Below are positions 38,071 through 51,124 of a stretch of DNA of 64,000 bases, piece by piece. The translations under genes and the position numbers were made by a program. The stretch covers positions 372,001 to 436,000 of the forward strand of contig NIVC01000763.1 of NCBI GenBank assembly GCA_002269645.1, given 5' to 3'. This DNA comes from Macrostomum lignano (taxonomy: Eukaryota). The stretch's first letter is position 1. Every line of letters begins with the position of its first letter. The notes beneath the pieces were generated by a model that saw only the letters and a list, made by a program, of their open reading frames with translations, did not search any database and was not told the DNA's origin.

Positions 38071-38549
38071 TCGTAGGTTCGATACGTTTCTTTCGATCTT
38101 TAACCCTCAACATGGATGTTTATTTCTAATTCCTAATGATTGCAAGTTCAAATAAGGTAATTAAACACGAAAATGTATTCCGCAATTCAGTGGAATGAGA
38201 GCCACAGGCTCTTATCGATACTGTTGTACGAGTACTTCGATATCTTGACGTGTGTCCAGATTGGTCTCTTCGTTGGATCGGGATATTAGGGTCTGGGCTT
38301 GATTGTTGGATGATAACTCTGGATGGAGGGCGGAGCAGGAGTAGAGGAGCAGTGGGAGCGGGAGCTTCATTCTCACTGAACGCTAGTATATATAAGATTT
38401 CTATAACACATTTCATTGTTGTTCGCTTCACGCAATAGGATCTCTACTGCCGCACAAGCAAGTGCTGTACTTTCGTGATAGAAAACCTGAAGTTTGCCAT
38501 AGACTAAAAAATGGCATTTCGGTAAAAAGTGTTTAGATTAGGATCACTT

Positions 38550-39520
38550 CACTTGGAGGCTTGAATGATTTCTCACTCACGGCGCAAGGCTCGCAATTCT
38601 TAATGAAGGCCTCGACGTCTCGATCGAAGTTCGGCCACTAGACAGCTTCTCCACAGTGCTACTTTGTTCGACTGATGCCGAGGTAACCGAAGTGAGCCAG
38701 GTTCAGCACTGTCTCCTGCAGCGCCGGCGGAATGACTGCCAGCTTTGTTGTTCCACATTGATAACTATCCACGGACCTTTCAGAAAGGTAGCAGCTCCGC
38801 TTCCAGCTGCTTGCTTAATTCTGGCCAGCCACTGAGTCATCTGCATCGCCTGCCGCAGAACGGTATCTTTCCGGGTTGCCGCAGCTAACTTTTCGTCGGA
38901 CACCGGTTGAGTGCTCCAGATAGGAGGATCACATTGAAAGCCTGATCGCCGCAAACGCTGTTGTCTTCGGTTTCAGCTTCTTCGGTCGGGCATTGGGACA
39001 GAAAATCTGGGACGAGCCTCAACTGCTTAATGTTGCTGCTTCGTCGTCCATTGCCATGGCGCGTCTTTTCGCAGTAGCTGAAGTAAAGACTCCGCCACTG
39101 TCGACAGGTTGTCCAAGAAGTGGCCATAGAACTTCACCATGCCGAGAAACGAGGCGAACTTCTGGCACTTTGGATTCTTGATTTTTGTGGACATCCACGT
39201 TGGATGTGATTGGCCGGAGGCCCTCACTGCTGAGAACTTAGCCAAGGAACTCCACGCGGTCTCTAGCACCACTGGCATTTCTCTAGGTTTAGCGTGATGT
39301 GGGCTTCTTGAGACGCTAGGACTGCCAGGACAGCCTTCCTTCTCGTGCTCACTTCTGGATGCTGAGTGGACCACGTGTCATCGATATAATGCACGACGCC
39401 CCTAGATTTTCTCCCCGGCACCTTTGAAAGCACCTTTTGAAAAGCAGCCGGCGCACTATTCATCGCTCTGGGAAGACCAGGCAGTGGCAGATAAACATTA
39501 AACCGCACTGTCGACCACGA
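38550..39520 (-). mobile_element. Deleted Gypsy pol fragment (RT, RNase H, integrase zinc finger)
   Basis: NSAPAAFQKVL..HYIDD, FLGMVKFYGHFLDNLS, LAHFGYLGISRTK..WPNFDRDVEAFIKNCEPC. Confidence 0.8.
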
Positions 39521-39547
39521 CAGTGCGGTTCCGGATCATAAAAATGA

Positions 39548-39740
39548 TCAACCGGACAACGTGAGGGTGCGTGGATCTGGATTCCAGGGCTCTGCAAAAG
39601 GCCTCGAAAATGAACTTACATGTAACTTGTCGAAGGCCCCCTCAATGTCCAGGAAAAGCAAGAGGGAAAAGCCGCTGTCATGAACGGCCCTCTCCAGGAA
39701 GTCAACGATGATAACGATGGCACAGATAGTCACCACGCCA
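39548..39740 (-). mobile_element. Non-LTR retrotransposon RT fragment
   Basis: LLLFLDIEGAFDKL, the LINE RT D-x-x-x-AFD motif. Confidence 0.6.
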
Positions 39741-40091
39741 TTTTGTGCAGGGGCAACAGCCCCGGCCGTCTTTTACTTTCGCACGTTTAATTGTTTTCTA
39801 AGAAATTTGTAAGTTTCTGTAAAGCTGCGTGTATTCTGCATGAATGCTTGGTTACGAGTCTACTGCATCTGCCCTACTCTGACTGAACATGCACTCACTG
39901 ACTGAGTCCTACCTACCCGACTGATACAAGTCAGAGACTGTGCCGGCACCCGACGACAAATGGCTAGCCGGGCCAAAAGCTTTCAAAATCATCGGGCTAA
40001 CCGGCAGGAAAGCGCGCTCTCGAGCTCTCGCTTCTCCCGGCTAGACGGGCCCAAAGCGCGCTCCCATACAATCAAATGGGAGTGTATCAAT

Positions 40092-41725
40092 TGAAAGCTT
40101 TTACGGGTGTTTAATAACAATTTGCAGTAGAAAAATCGACGTTTGTTAATATTAATTCGCTTGCATGTAATTTGAAAACAAAATTTACAGGAATGAGGGT
40201 TCCTGTGTTCAACGTTCAACAAAAGCTTCTAAGGCTGCCTATAGTTTAAAGCCTGTCACGTGTGAGTTAATTAATAATACAGGCATTTGAAATATAAATA
40301 TAGGTCTAATATGATGAGAAGTATCTTATAAGCTACTTTTATTCAATTATAAAAAGGCTTCAATTCAATTAAATTCTATTATTTTGCTATAGCCATATGT
40401 ATGTAGGAAAGCCTATTGATTGAGCACTAAGCCTAGCTTATTGACTTGGTCTTAATGAATAGATTTAGCTAACTTACTAGATAAGAGCCTTAAAATTTTT
40501 GTTTTTTCTATCTACTTTATGTATACCATTAGGCCTGGACTAAATAACAAACTATAAAACTAAGCCTACAATATTTTATAAAATACCTGATCCTTGACTT
40601 ATTTTCCTTTCATTAGTTCCCCTCTCCCCTAACCTTGGATTTCCTCCCTCTAACCCTAGCTTCTCTCCACCCTGACCCTGGCTTCCCTCCCCTGACCCTG
40701 GCTTACCTCCCCAGACCCTGGCTTCCCTCCCCCTGACTCTAGCTTCTCTCCTTACTGACCCTGGCTTCCCTCCTCCCCTGACCCTGGCTTCCCTCCCCTG
40801 ACCCTGGCTTTTCTCCCCCCTGACCCTGGCTTCCCTCCCCAGACCCTGGCTTCCCTCCCCCTGACTCTAGCTTCTCTCCTTACTGACCCTGGCTTCCCTC
40901 CTCCCCTGACCCTGGCTTCCCTCCCCTGACCATGGCTTCTCTCCTCCCCTGACCCTGGCTTCCCTCCCCAGACCCTGGCTTCCCTCCTCCCCTGACCCTG
41001 GCTTCTCTCCCCCTGACACTGGCTTCCCTCCCTTGACCTTGGCTTCTCTCCCCTGACCCTGGCTTCTCTCCTCCCCTGACCCTGGCTTACCTCCCCAGAC
41101 CCTGGCTTCCCTCCCCCTGACTCTAGCTTCTCTCCCTTGATCTTGGCTTCTCTCCCCCAGACCCTGGCTTCCCTCCCTTGACTTTGGCTTCTCTCCTCCC
41201 CTGACCCTGGCTTCCCTCCCCAGACCCTGGCTTCCCTCCCCCTGACTCTAGCTTCTCTCCTTACTGACCCTGGCTTCCCTCCCCTGACCCTGGCTTCCCT
41301 CCCCTGACCCTGGCTTCCCTCCTCCCCTGACCCTGGCTTCTCTCCCTTGGCTTCTCTCCCCCTGACCCTGGCTTCCCTCCCTTGACCTTGGCTTCTCTCC
41401 TCCCCTGACCCTGGCTTCTCTCCCCTGACCCTGGCTTCCCTCCCCTGACCCTAGCTTCTCTCCCCCTGACCCTGGCTTCTCTCCCCCTTGACCCCTGGCT
41501 TCCCTCTCCTGACCCATGGCTTTCTCCGCCCTCTGCTAAAGTAGTCTCGTATTAGTACCAAGCAGCACAGCTTATTGAAAGCACATTCTTCCTTCAGAAA
41601 AAGCTACCGGTGAAGCCCAGCTGCTGTACCATTGGCACCTTTGCTTTGGTCTCCGCCTCGAACAACGCTGCTGCGGCCGGGACTGCCGCTGGTTCTGCTT
41701 AAGCAGCCGCCTCGAACAACGCTAC
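40092..41725. repeat. Left arm of a long inverted repeat (AT-rich segment + C-rich minisatellite 40655-41520 + unique segment)
   Basis: 40092-41648 is the reverse complement of 52018-53805; 41675-41725 is the reverse complement of 46665-46715 (46/51). Confidence 0.92.
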
Positions 41726-42084
41726 AGTCGGTGCAAAGCGTACCATAACCTTCAGCAATGCGGTCATCGTATCAAAGTTAGCTCAGAATGGAACTGTCGT
41801 TGAAAGGATTTTGTTTTGAGCTGTCAGCAAATGGAAATTCGTATCATTGACAGTTCATGTTAGCTTTATTTACAGTAAATTTTTAACTTTGTTTATCTGT
41901 ACCTTTTACCCTTGCTCTACTTTTATCCATAACTTGTTAGTTTCTTGCTCATGTACTCTATGCATGCACATATACATGCATTAGTACTTCCGATCACCGT
42001 TAGTGAGGTTTCACAAGTCACCAATAGCCATAACACAAAAGCCATGCATTGACAAGCCATATCTAATTTTGGCAGAGGCGAGGA

Positions 42085-42425
42085 GAGCCGTAAGATGGCG
42101 GGAGCTGAGAGCGGGAAGGTGGCGGGAGCTGAGAGCGGGAAGGTGGCGGGAGCTGAGAGCGGGAAGGTGGCGGGAGCTGAGAGCGGGAAGGTGGCGGGAG
42201 CTGAGAGCGGGAAGGTGGCGGGAGCTGAGAGCGGGAAGGTGGCGGGAGCTGAGAGCGGGAAGGTGTCGGGAGCTGAGAGCAGGAAGATGGCGGGAGCTGA
42301 GAGCGGGAAGGTGGCGGGAGCTGAGAGCGGGAAGGTGTCGGGAGCTGAGAGCGGGAAGGTGGCGGGAGCTGAGAGCGGGAAGGTGTCGGGAGCTGAGAGC
42401 GGGAAGGTGGCGGAAGTTGAGAGCT
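42085..42425. repeat. 24-bp minisatellite (TGGCGGGAGCTGAGAGCGGGAAGG)
   Basis: About 14 units. Confidence 0.95.
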
Positions 42426-44036
42426 GAGAGGTTTGACCAAAGGACTGTCGTAGCGCTCTAACAGTGTGGCTGAACTGACCACTTGTACCTTCTGCATATT
42501 TTATATTTTGGTCAAAAAATCATAAGTTGACTTGTAGGTGTTCACGTCGTGGTACGTTCGTTTTTGCGGCTGTTGCTAAGTCTTGTGGAATTGTTAAATC
42601 GAATTGTCCGTGTTCTTTTCTCGTTTTTTATTATAGTGTGCCATTTAGTGTACCTGAATTGTGCCATTTTTTAAAAAAGAACGACCTCCTCCGCTCCAGA
42701 GGAGCCAGTTCCTCTGGCGCCAACTCTAGCCAGAGAAGTGCTTTGGGAACTTCCTGTACTAGGGGAATATAGCTGTGTAACGCTATTTTTAAGACCTTAA
42801 GTATGCTCTAATAAACTTGTTTTAGTTCGTTTGTTAAAAAACTAGGACATGCTAAAAAGCCTTAGTGATGAAAGCGCCACATACAATTACGTATGTACTC
42901 TTGTACATACGTACATGCTGGCTGCATGTAACGAGTTACTGTCGATTTCAAACAATTAAATAAATATTTCTTCCAGCGCTTATGTGACTTCTGCGATATA
43001 ATGTACCTGCATTGAGTAAGGTGGTGTGGTGGGTGCTGAGTTGTGTGGTGTACAATAGAATACATTCTAGAAAGTGGTATAAATCGATATACATGCACTA
43101 TACACTGTAGCTCGTCGATATATTGGATCGAGTTCATGTATTTCGGGCTGTTAGAAAATGGATAGAATTTCGAGATTATTATCGATAGTAACTTGCGTTA
43201 CTCGTACAGTACTTCATCACGCATAGCGCTATGCAACTCATTAAAAGATGAGATTAGGTGTTAGTGTGTTCTGTGTAGGTGCCAATGTTGGGGCGTAGCG
43301 AGGAGGGTTCATTAGCACTTGGGAGGCACCAATAAAGTACGGAAGCGATTCTGAATGGCTTCAATGGAATTTCTTATATTAATACGTACATGTAGAATTA
43401 CACGGAAGACAGAACGGACGTCCCCATGTGACTCCTGCAGTTCCCTGAATTTAGTGCCTGCACCTCTGGACTGTTAAGAAATTTGGTTAAGAATCTTCTT
43501 TAAAATAAGAATCACAGCTTCATGCACGTGTGCTACGAGTAATTGCTTTCCAGGACGTGAACTCCGACTATACATGTAAGTGCAAAATGTATTGACATAC
43601 AATAGAATATACCTGAACAGTTTCTACCTACAATAAGGTGCATACATGTACATGGCCATGTTTATCATGCCATATTGGTAACATTATTTATGACTTGTGG
43701 AACTCACAAACTGTGATCGACGCATGTATCATATACGTACATCCCATGCATCATATAAACAGTTACATGAGCTAGAAATTACATGTAACAGAATAATAGC
43801 CAAGTGACTTGACCATACGTACGTACGAAGAAGTACAAGCGATTACACATTGATTCCAGTGAAGACTCCCTAGAACTCGCTCTCTATATAGTATGCATCC
43901 TACTGTAATTTAGCTGAACACTCTCGGCTGTTGATAGTGTATGCTTGATTAGTGGTCAAGCTCCCCTGAACAAAACTAGCGGCTGATCCGGGTTTTTTAT
44001 AGGTACACGCCAAAAGGCATAGCCGCCACGTACCAG

Positions 44037-44365
44037 AACAACAACAACAGAATACGCAGTCAGCGTCACACGGCGCGCCTCAAGGCCAGGTCGCGAATGA
44101 ACGCCACGCCGCCGGCTCCGGGGCGCCAGCATCAGCCAGCAGGCAGCTAGTCGAGTCGAAACGCCGAGTGCGCGCCTGTCCCCGCCGGTAGGGCCGGTGC
44201 CTGCAGCGTCAGCAGCAGCACCTCCTGCACCGGCTTTGGCCAGTACGATTTGGCGCGGATGATGTGGCCTGTCAGCTGGAGTCGCCGACGGCGCAACAGG
44301 TCGCTTGGACGGATCAGGCCGGCGCGGGGATACACGCCAGCCCACTCGTTGAATTCTTACCATAC
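44037..44365 (-). mobile_element. 3' end of an RTE-like LINE with (GTT)n tail
   Basis: LLRRRRLQLTGHIIR..EVLLLTLQAP..RRGQARTRR resembles RTE C-termini; ends in (GTT)4. Confidence 0.6.
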
Positions 44366-47300
44366 ATGTAGGTCGCCTTCGCCTTATTTCATCACATACC
44401 ATGCAGGAACCTGCGATAAGTTCACCCGGGGCTCAACAGGATTGCTTGGTACCGGAGGTCGAGGACAGGTCACGGCCTTCAATGTCACACATCACACGCT
44501 CACGTGATCGCGTGTCTCGGAGAATTATAAAAAGGAACCCGTTTTTGAACGCGTGTTGCTTTGTTTTATTATTGTTTGTTTTCCCGCGAGGCCGAACCAT
44601 GCACCGGTCCCCGCCGGGAACCCCTTCATTTCCTATAGAGTCGCCCACCAACTAAAGATCCCCCTTATGCAAAAGTCATTACATTCCTCATTTCCAGCAC
44701 TGGCTACAAGTAAACCGTCCCTTGTTGTATACATCCTCGCATAGAGTCCATTAGAGTGTTACATGTACATGTACGTGCCATTTCTAGTAGTGTGGGAGTT
44801 TTTCGGGTGTACTCCTGCACAGGTGACTGCAGAGGCGGCCACGCCCTGAGGCAAACAAACAACCCGGGCCCGCGCTGTCTAGATAATTGGATCTTGAACG
44901 CAACGTCAGCTACGAAACAGCATCCAGAGGTGGAAAAGTTTTATGCGAGGCCTGCATGACGGCTGGTAATTTTCAGTGCTAGAGCCCAGAGGTTTACACA
45001 GGTATTCTCAGGCAGCCCCCGGGTTACGTCACATGACTTAGTCGAGCGAAAAAACTTAATTTGTAGTTCGCTCCTGGCAGAGCGAACAGGTTGGTAGGCG
45101 ACTGAAGCAGCATCGGCAGCTGGTTCACCGCGCATCGGCTGTTTTGACAGCTCCCCAGACTAGCAGTCCGACTGAATCAGTAGACTGCTGCGAGCCCCCG
45201 CCCTTATTTTGCCGCTTCCCCTGCGTTGCTGAAGCCCAATTCGACCCTACATGTATGAATATGCGTAAATTTTTAATACACAATAAGTGAGTCTTCCTTG
45301 CTAGACCCCTGCCTCAGGTTTGCTCCATGCAACCACTATAGCCGGAATACCCATGGCCCACCAGGGTGAGCGCTCATCAGAATCGCATGAAGATTTCTCT
45401 CTTGAGCACTTTTACTAAGACACCATTAACAGACATTTCATGGTCTATATTCAGGAGCACCAAGCTTGCAACCAAGACCTTATATAACAATGGTTGTCAA
45501 AGGGCACAGTGCATATTCTAGCATGCGGGAACTATTCAACTACATCGAATGTGAGAAACAGAACTCTCACTCCAGAGTACTCTGAGGGCTTCTCAGAAGC
45601 AGGAGCCCCAACTCCCTCCTTCATGACGCCGCCTGGACTGCAGACCCTCAAAAAAGCGTACGTCACCGCTCAGCACAAAACTGAATGCCCTTGCAGCAAA
45701 TGTGCACCGCTGACGATCGAGCGCACTTTAGTTCACTTCAGCGCCCTACACCAAGGCAGCGTCCTTTCTTGCGAGTGCAGGAACTCTCGGCAGCTTGCTG
45801 GGAGCATTCGAAACATGCTTAAGCTGCACCACTAAGAGCGAAATAAAATGTGAGTTCACTGAGAAAATTTTACTTCTGGAGTGTAAAGCTAAATCAACAA
45901 AATTTTGCGGAGCGCATGCTATTTAAGAAATACTCCAGAAACACAAAACCAATTCGACAAAATTATATGACCAACTAAAATCGGAAAGCTCCTGGTCATA
46001 ACTGTATGTAACATGAAAGTTTATATCTGTATTTTTTGCACGCGTCTTCATGAAGAGCAGTAGTTTAAAAAATTAACTGGCGGTAACAACAAAAACACCT
46101 GTCAGTTCCTTGTAGAAATATAAGAACCTGTAAAAACAACAGGATTTTGACAGTATAAGGGGTTGGTCATTGTTGTTCCACAATGGTACAGCCGAAATTA
46201 TTTTGGATTATTTGCTTAAACTGAAAGCCTGACACTGAAGTCTAGTGGCACTTGCTCCGAGCTTTGTGATCAAGGATTGAATTAAAATGGCACACGTTGA
46301 ACACCACCCTGTCACAGAGCAGTATCGTCTCGAAAAAATGTCTCCCAGAAATCACAGCAAAATATATAAAGCTCGATGTTACAAACTGCATTGAGTCGAA
46401 AAATGCTTTTACAAATGGAAGATCCACCCATAAACAACCTAAAAACACGCCACCAAAAACGTCGAGTGTGGCACCCATTGCACAGGGAGTAATGCGAGTA
46501 GCAATATTGGAAAAGGGCGATGACAAATGGGTGCTTTTGTTGAGCTTTACAAGATCTGAACATGTATTAACAGAATTCGGTGATCTCAATGTTAAAAGGA
46601 TTGTCGACAGATATTAAAGAATTAAAAAATAGCTTTGGCGGAGCCAGCTTCAGTTTCGGCTGCAGCAGCGATGTTTGAGGCGGCTGCTTAAGCGGAACCA
46701 GCGGCAGACCCGGCCCTAACGGTTGCACCAGATGTCAGCGTATCAGAACTCATAGTGGCGGCACGTACAAACTAATTTCAGCTCAGTGTGTACAAATAGT
46801 TAGAAAGCTCGCGCTTGGATAACTCAAGGACCACTAGTAGATAGAGGACGTTACACTCGGATTTCGTGGAAATTTTTTTGAAGTCCGATTTTCACCGCAA
46901 AATACATTGGCGAGATAGCAAATTTTCACGTTTTTAATATTCAGAAGCCTGTTGTAATTGATTTAAGCCTGCTTCAAAAAAACCCATCTAACATTTTACT
47001 TTTAAGACCCTGTTCTATTGGTTTCTATTATGTTTTAGTCGCGAAAACGTTCTATAGATATAGTTTTATCACATTTTGACGTAGTCATGAAATTACATAG
47101 ACTAGGGGGGGCCTATATATGCACTTTGGCTAGCTAAACTATAGCCAGCTTGGCCTAGCATATCAGGCCTTCTATATTAAATCTCTCTAATAAAAAAATT
47201 AAATTTGTATTGCCATAGCATATCTCATGTCATACAAACATGATAACAATATGCTAAGTTTGAGAATGGACACTCATTCATAATATAGGCCCATACTCAA

Positions 47301-47978
47301 TTATATTTATATATCCATACTCCAACCAAGTTCCCTAATAAGTGGTTTCATCCACTGAAATTCATTGATACAGCTGTTGTAGGCATTCAAAATACATGTC
47401 TACTGTGTACCACCTATGCTATTAAACCTAAGGTCTAAGCCCTGTATAGAGATAGAATAAACACATGAAATTTTCTAAATGTAAATGTCTTTTATGATTT
47501 GTAAATCATAATCCACTATTTAACTTTAAATTTGTAAGTAAACTTAGCTATGTATGCCATTTTAGGAAATAGTTCATGTTAATCTGAGTGACTCTGTCAG
47601 ATAAAAATGAGATTCAAACTTTTAAATAAAATTAAATAGGGCCTATATAGGCCTAGTAAGGTGGGTAGGCCTATCTAGTAGTATAAGCTAGCCTACGTTT
47701 GTTTTGGCAATTAAAAGGGTAGTTTTAGTCAATTGCAGAAGTGTTGTCATTTGGATTCCATAACTTCAAAGAACTATGTATTTATAGATATTGTATATAT
47801 TGATTTCAATTGCTTACATTTCTTCCCTGGACAAAGATTTCCCTTAACCAAATTATCCTAGGGCCTACTCCACCCTAGTCTCTAGGCCTAATCAATGTTA
47901 TATTTTGCATCTTCAATTGAGAAATCTAACTCACTGCTTATGCCTATCTTTATCAGCTTATCACCTATTATTAGCCAG

Positions 47979-49109
47979 TGATTGGAGAGCCAGTCAAGCG
48001 GGCTAAGTGGAACGAAATCATCAGGCTTGAGGAAGCTTCTCGAAATCATATTGTACGGACGACACGTCTTAATCCAGTCGCGTGCCGCCCCTCTCCTCTT
48101 GAGAGACAGAAAGTTTCGCTGGTGCTTGATGTATTCCACGAGAAAACAGTTGCAGCATTACAGCTGAATGGCTATTCTGAGACTGCCGACTTCGTCGAGC
48201 GCGTTCTCAACTTTTGGACAGTTGTAAACGTAAAGTCACCAGAGTCCCACATTCGTCTGAATGACATTCGGCGAGCCCCAATTAGCAGCACCAACTCAAG
48301 TGCAATTCAGGAGCTGCTCAGTTTTGCAGCTGTCGTTGATCGCATGCCAGGTGGTAGGGGTGCTAGCCGCCCTCGATCGCTGACTACTGAGACACGCAAG
48401 GCTATCCATCAGACTGCGAACGGCCTGGCTGATTTGTCTAGACATTTGCTGATGAAAGTAGGGTTTTCGTACGTGTTGCTCGGTACGTAGTATTATTCAC
48501 TACTCCCTGTTTCCCGTAACATTACGGAAATTTTTTGGTATTGTTATTGCCATAATAAATTGACACTCAATAAATATGACCTGCATACCCAGGCACTAAC
48601 TTCAAAAATTTTTAGGTGAGCTGCAGACTGACCGGCTTGAGGGAGAGTTTTCTATTTATCGGCAAGGCCACGGCGGGTGTTATTATATATCCGTTGATCA
48701 AATTTTGGCCAGTGCGCGGCTACGCCGAATGCAACTTTACAGTAAATTGGAGTTAGTCTGTGACGACCATCAACCGTTGGCCTGTTGCTCTGCTGAAATT
48801 TCGCAGGGAGACTGGAAAATTGTTGGCAATCTCCCACAACTGTCCGACAACATTTCTGATGCGGAGAATGCAGCGCTATATTTTATCAGTGGCTACGTGG
48901 CCTTTAAGGAAAAGCTCGACTGTCAGGCTGCTACGGTTTACGAACCAGCCTGTAGCAGTGAATTCACTTCGCTTCTTTCACGAGGGAAGCTGTGTCACCC
49001 TCCTGAGTGGCTGGTCTTTAAAGGATTGGTGCGACGCGAGTCACAGGCTGATGGACGTCCGCCCGATTCAAGTCAGCGGCGCTTGCGAAAGCTTGTGCCC
49101 TCAGGCTGA
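47979..49109 (+). pseudogene. P-element/THAP9-like transposase, C-terminal half, 2 exons (47979-48482, 48616-49109)
   Basis: ERQKVSLVLDVF (GTP-binding-domain-like), ETADFVERVLNFWTVVNVK; spliced YVLLG|ELQTDRLEGEFSIYRQ with the candidate catalytic Glu; LYFISGYVAFK, LSRGKLCHPP. Intron 48483-48615 is GT-AG, phase 1. No THAP domain or N-terminal Asp residues found. Confidence 0.8.
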
Positions 49110-49490
49110 GTAGTTCAGTATTTATAATGCAAGTTAATCTTGGTCTCTGCCATAATTGCCACTGTAGCGCTACATGTATTTTAGCACTCCCGCGCAGTTA
49201 AAGTGTATTGCGCTGAAATTGCTTAAAGTTTATTGTTTCTGCGCTACAACCAGTTTCTTTAGTTACGTTATTTAGTTAAGGTGATCGAGAATAAGATGTT
49301 TGGATCAGAATTCTAGGAATGACAAGACCAGGATTCAGATGAATATTTATGGAAGCAGCCTGTTATTTGTGGTTACTAGTTACTATTTTACTAGTTAATA
49401 CCTTCGCAACATTTTCCAGTTTTCTTGTGGCAAAAATGGTCCTTACATCGCTAGTATTTTGTTATATTTTTAAGCGTTTTTGATATTTCT

Positions 49491-51124
49491 CAGTGCTGGG
49501 CGTTAACTAGTTAATTGTTTAACTAGTTAATTAACTAGTTAAATTTTTTTAAAAATCGTTAAATTTTCGTTAAATTTTTTATGTATTAACTAGTTAACAA
49601 AAATCGTTAATTTATTTCTGAAGTTAAAGTTAAATGACAAAAGTTAATAATTCCGGGAAATGGAGTTCCCCGGGTTCAAAATCCGCGGGTTTCAACAGCT
49701 TGTATGCCATTAAAAAGTAAAATTAATACATACATAAAATAACTTCGCCTTTCTAAGCATTATTTAACGCGTCACAAACTACTATTACATGTATATATTT
49801 CAGTTACAAGTTATAATGTATAGAATATTCGGAAGATTCTGGAATCTTCAACTATTATCTATTGATATTCTACCCAATGACTACTATAAGTTATCGTTGT
49901 ACATAGGGATGTCGATTCCCTGGGGAATTTTCTTATCGGGGACCCAGGGAATTTACTGTCATTTCCCGGGGACCCCGGGGAAAAAATAAGTAAAAAACGG
50001 CGGATAACTTAGATCTTTATAAGTCACTAAGTGGCATTTTTTAAACTTTGATTAAAGCTTTGGATGGACTACATGTTCAAGGCGCAAGGGTAAAAACTTA
50101 AGGCAATGTTTGTTTAAAACTGTATTTGACAATATGGCATCACCAAATCGTGCGCGCACCTTTATCAGAAAGGGTCCAGACTCCGGAGGCGGAAAATGCA
50201 TGCTCAGCAGCTGCACTCGTGGGAGGATAATTAATGAATGAGACTGTTTTTGTAATCGGAATTTTAATTTCTTGCAGATGCATGTAAATCACCATTTTGT
50301 CCTGTCTAATATGGAGTATTTTGTTATTGTATGACACCCCCCTATGCGTCAGTGACTGACGCAGAACACAGCGCTGTGCCTGCGTCAAATGCGTCAAGCC
50401 GTCAACGCAGACCAACACAATAGTCAGTAAGGCTTCTTTTTCCTGATGGGTTTCTACGCTTGTACGTTCAATTTGCTTGATTGAAAGACTCATAGTGAAA
50501 AAAAACATTCAAACGGGTCGCTAATTTCATAAGACCGAAATTTCACAACGCCGAAAATTCTGCATGCAATACAATCCTTATTGTAAAGTTTTCTACGATG
50601 TGAAATTTTGGTCTTATGAAGTTTCGGTCTTGTGAAGTATGGTGTTTCGGCGTTGTGAAATTTCGGTCTTATGAACCCCCCATTCAAACGTGTGTTGTGT
50701 TTGAAGTAATACATTGAAATAAGCAGTTTTGCAGTAAAAAAGCATAGACAGAGTTTCAATCAGCTTTCTGTCAATGATTTTCTTATTTAAATGGCAAAAA
50801 TGTAGTTAAAAATGCTTTTTTTCTCCCCGGGGTCCCCGGTCTAATTCCCAGGGGAGTATTCCCCGACAAGCTCCCCAGGGCGCCGCGACCTGGCCACAGC
50901 CGCGCCGCGCCGACCTGAAATTTAAAAAACACGCCGAACACATGTCCGGGAAAATGTCACTTTTTCCGTTAGGGAATTATTAACTTTAACTTTTAACTTT
51001 TCAGAAGTTAAATTTTGGGCAAAAGTTAAATAATTAACTAGTTACAGTTAATTTTTTTGGAGCAATTAAATTAACTTTTTAACTTTTAACGAGTTAAAAA
51101 AATTGATTAACTTGCCCAGCACTG
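49491..51124. mobile_element. Non-autonomous hAT element, 1634 bp, nested in the P element
   Basis: 11-bp perfect TIR CAGTGCTGGGC; subterminal TTAAC/TTAACTAG arrays; perfect 8-bp TSD ATATTTCT (49483-49490, 51125-51132); minus-strand PPTSAAAEHAFSASG at about 50170-50230 resembles the hAT dimerisation domain. Confidence 0.88.
50515..50680. mobile_element. Mutator-like MITE, 166 bp, nested in the hAT element
   Basis: Perfect 31-bp IR TTCATAAGACCGAAATTTCACAACGCCGAAA (50526-50556 / 50645-50675); G-rich termini; 9-bp TSD CATTCAAAC (50506-50514, 50681-50689). Confidence 0.8.

Noticed and set aside
38200-38300. Missing Crypton C-terminus (QSGHTS resembling TGHRS)
   Set aside because: Opposite strand to the Crypton ORF, and no H-x-x-R or catalytic Tyr context.
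1839-42497. Long repetitive ORFs in the track (e.g. 1839-2848, 16159-17679, 23430-24484, 27308-28033, 29010-29564, 42003-42497)
   Set aside because: They are translations of stop-free minisatellites, open on several frames and strands, and mostly intronic.
45494-45835. SWIM-finger or MULE transposase relic (SCECR) that could drive the foldback
   Set aside because: The CxH half of the motif is absent and there are no other MULE motifs; too weak without an HMM search.
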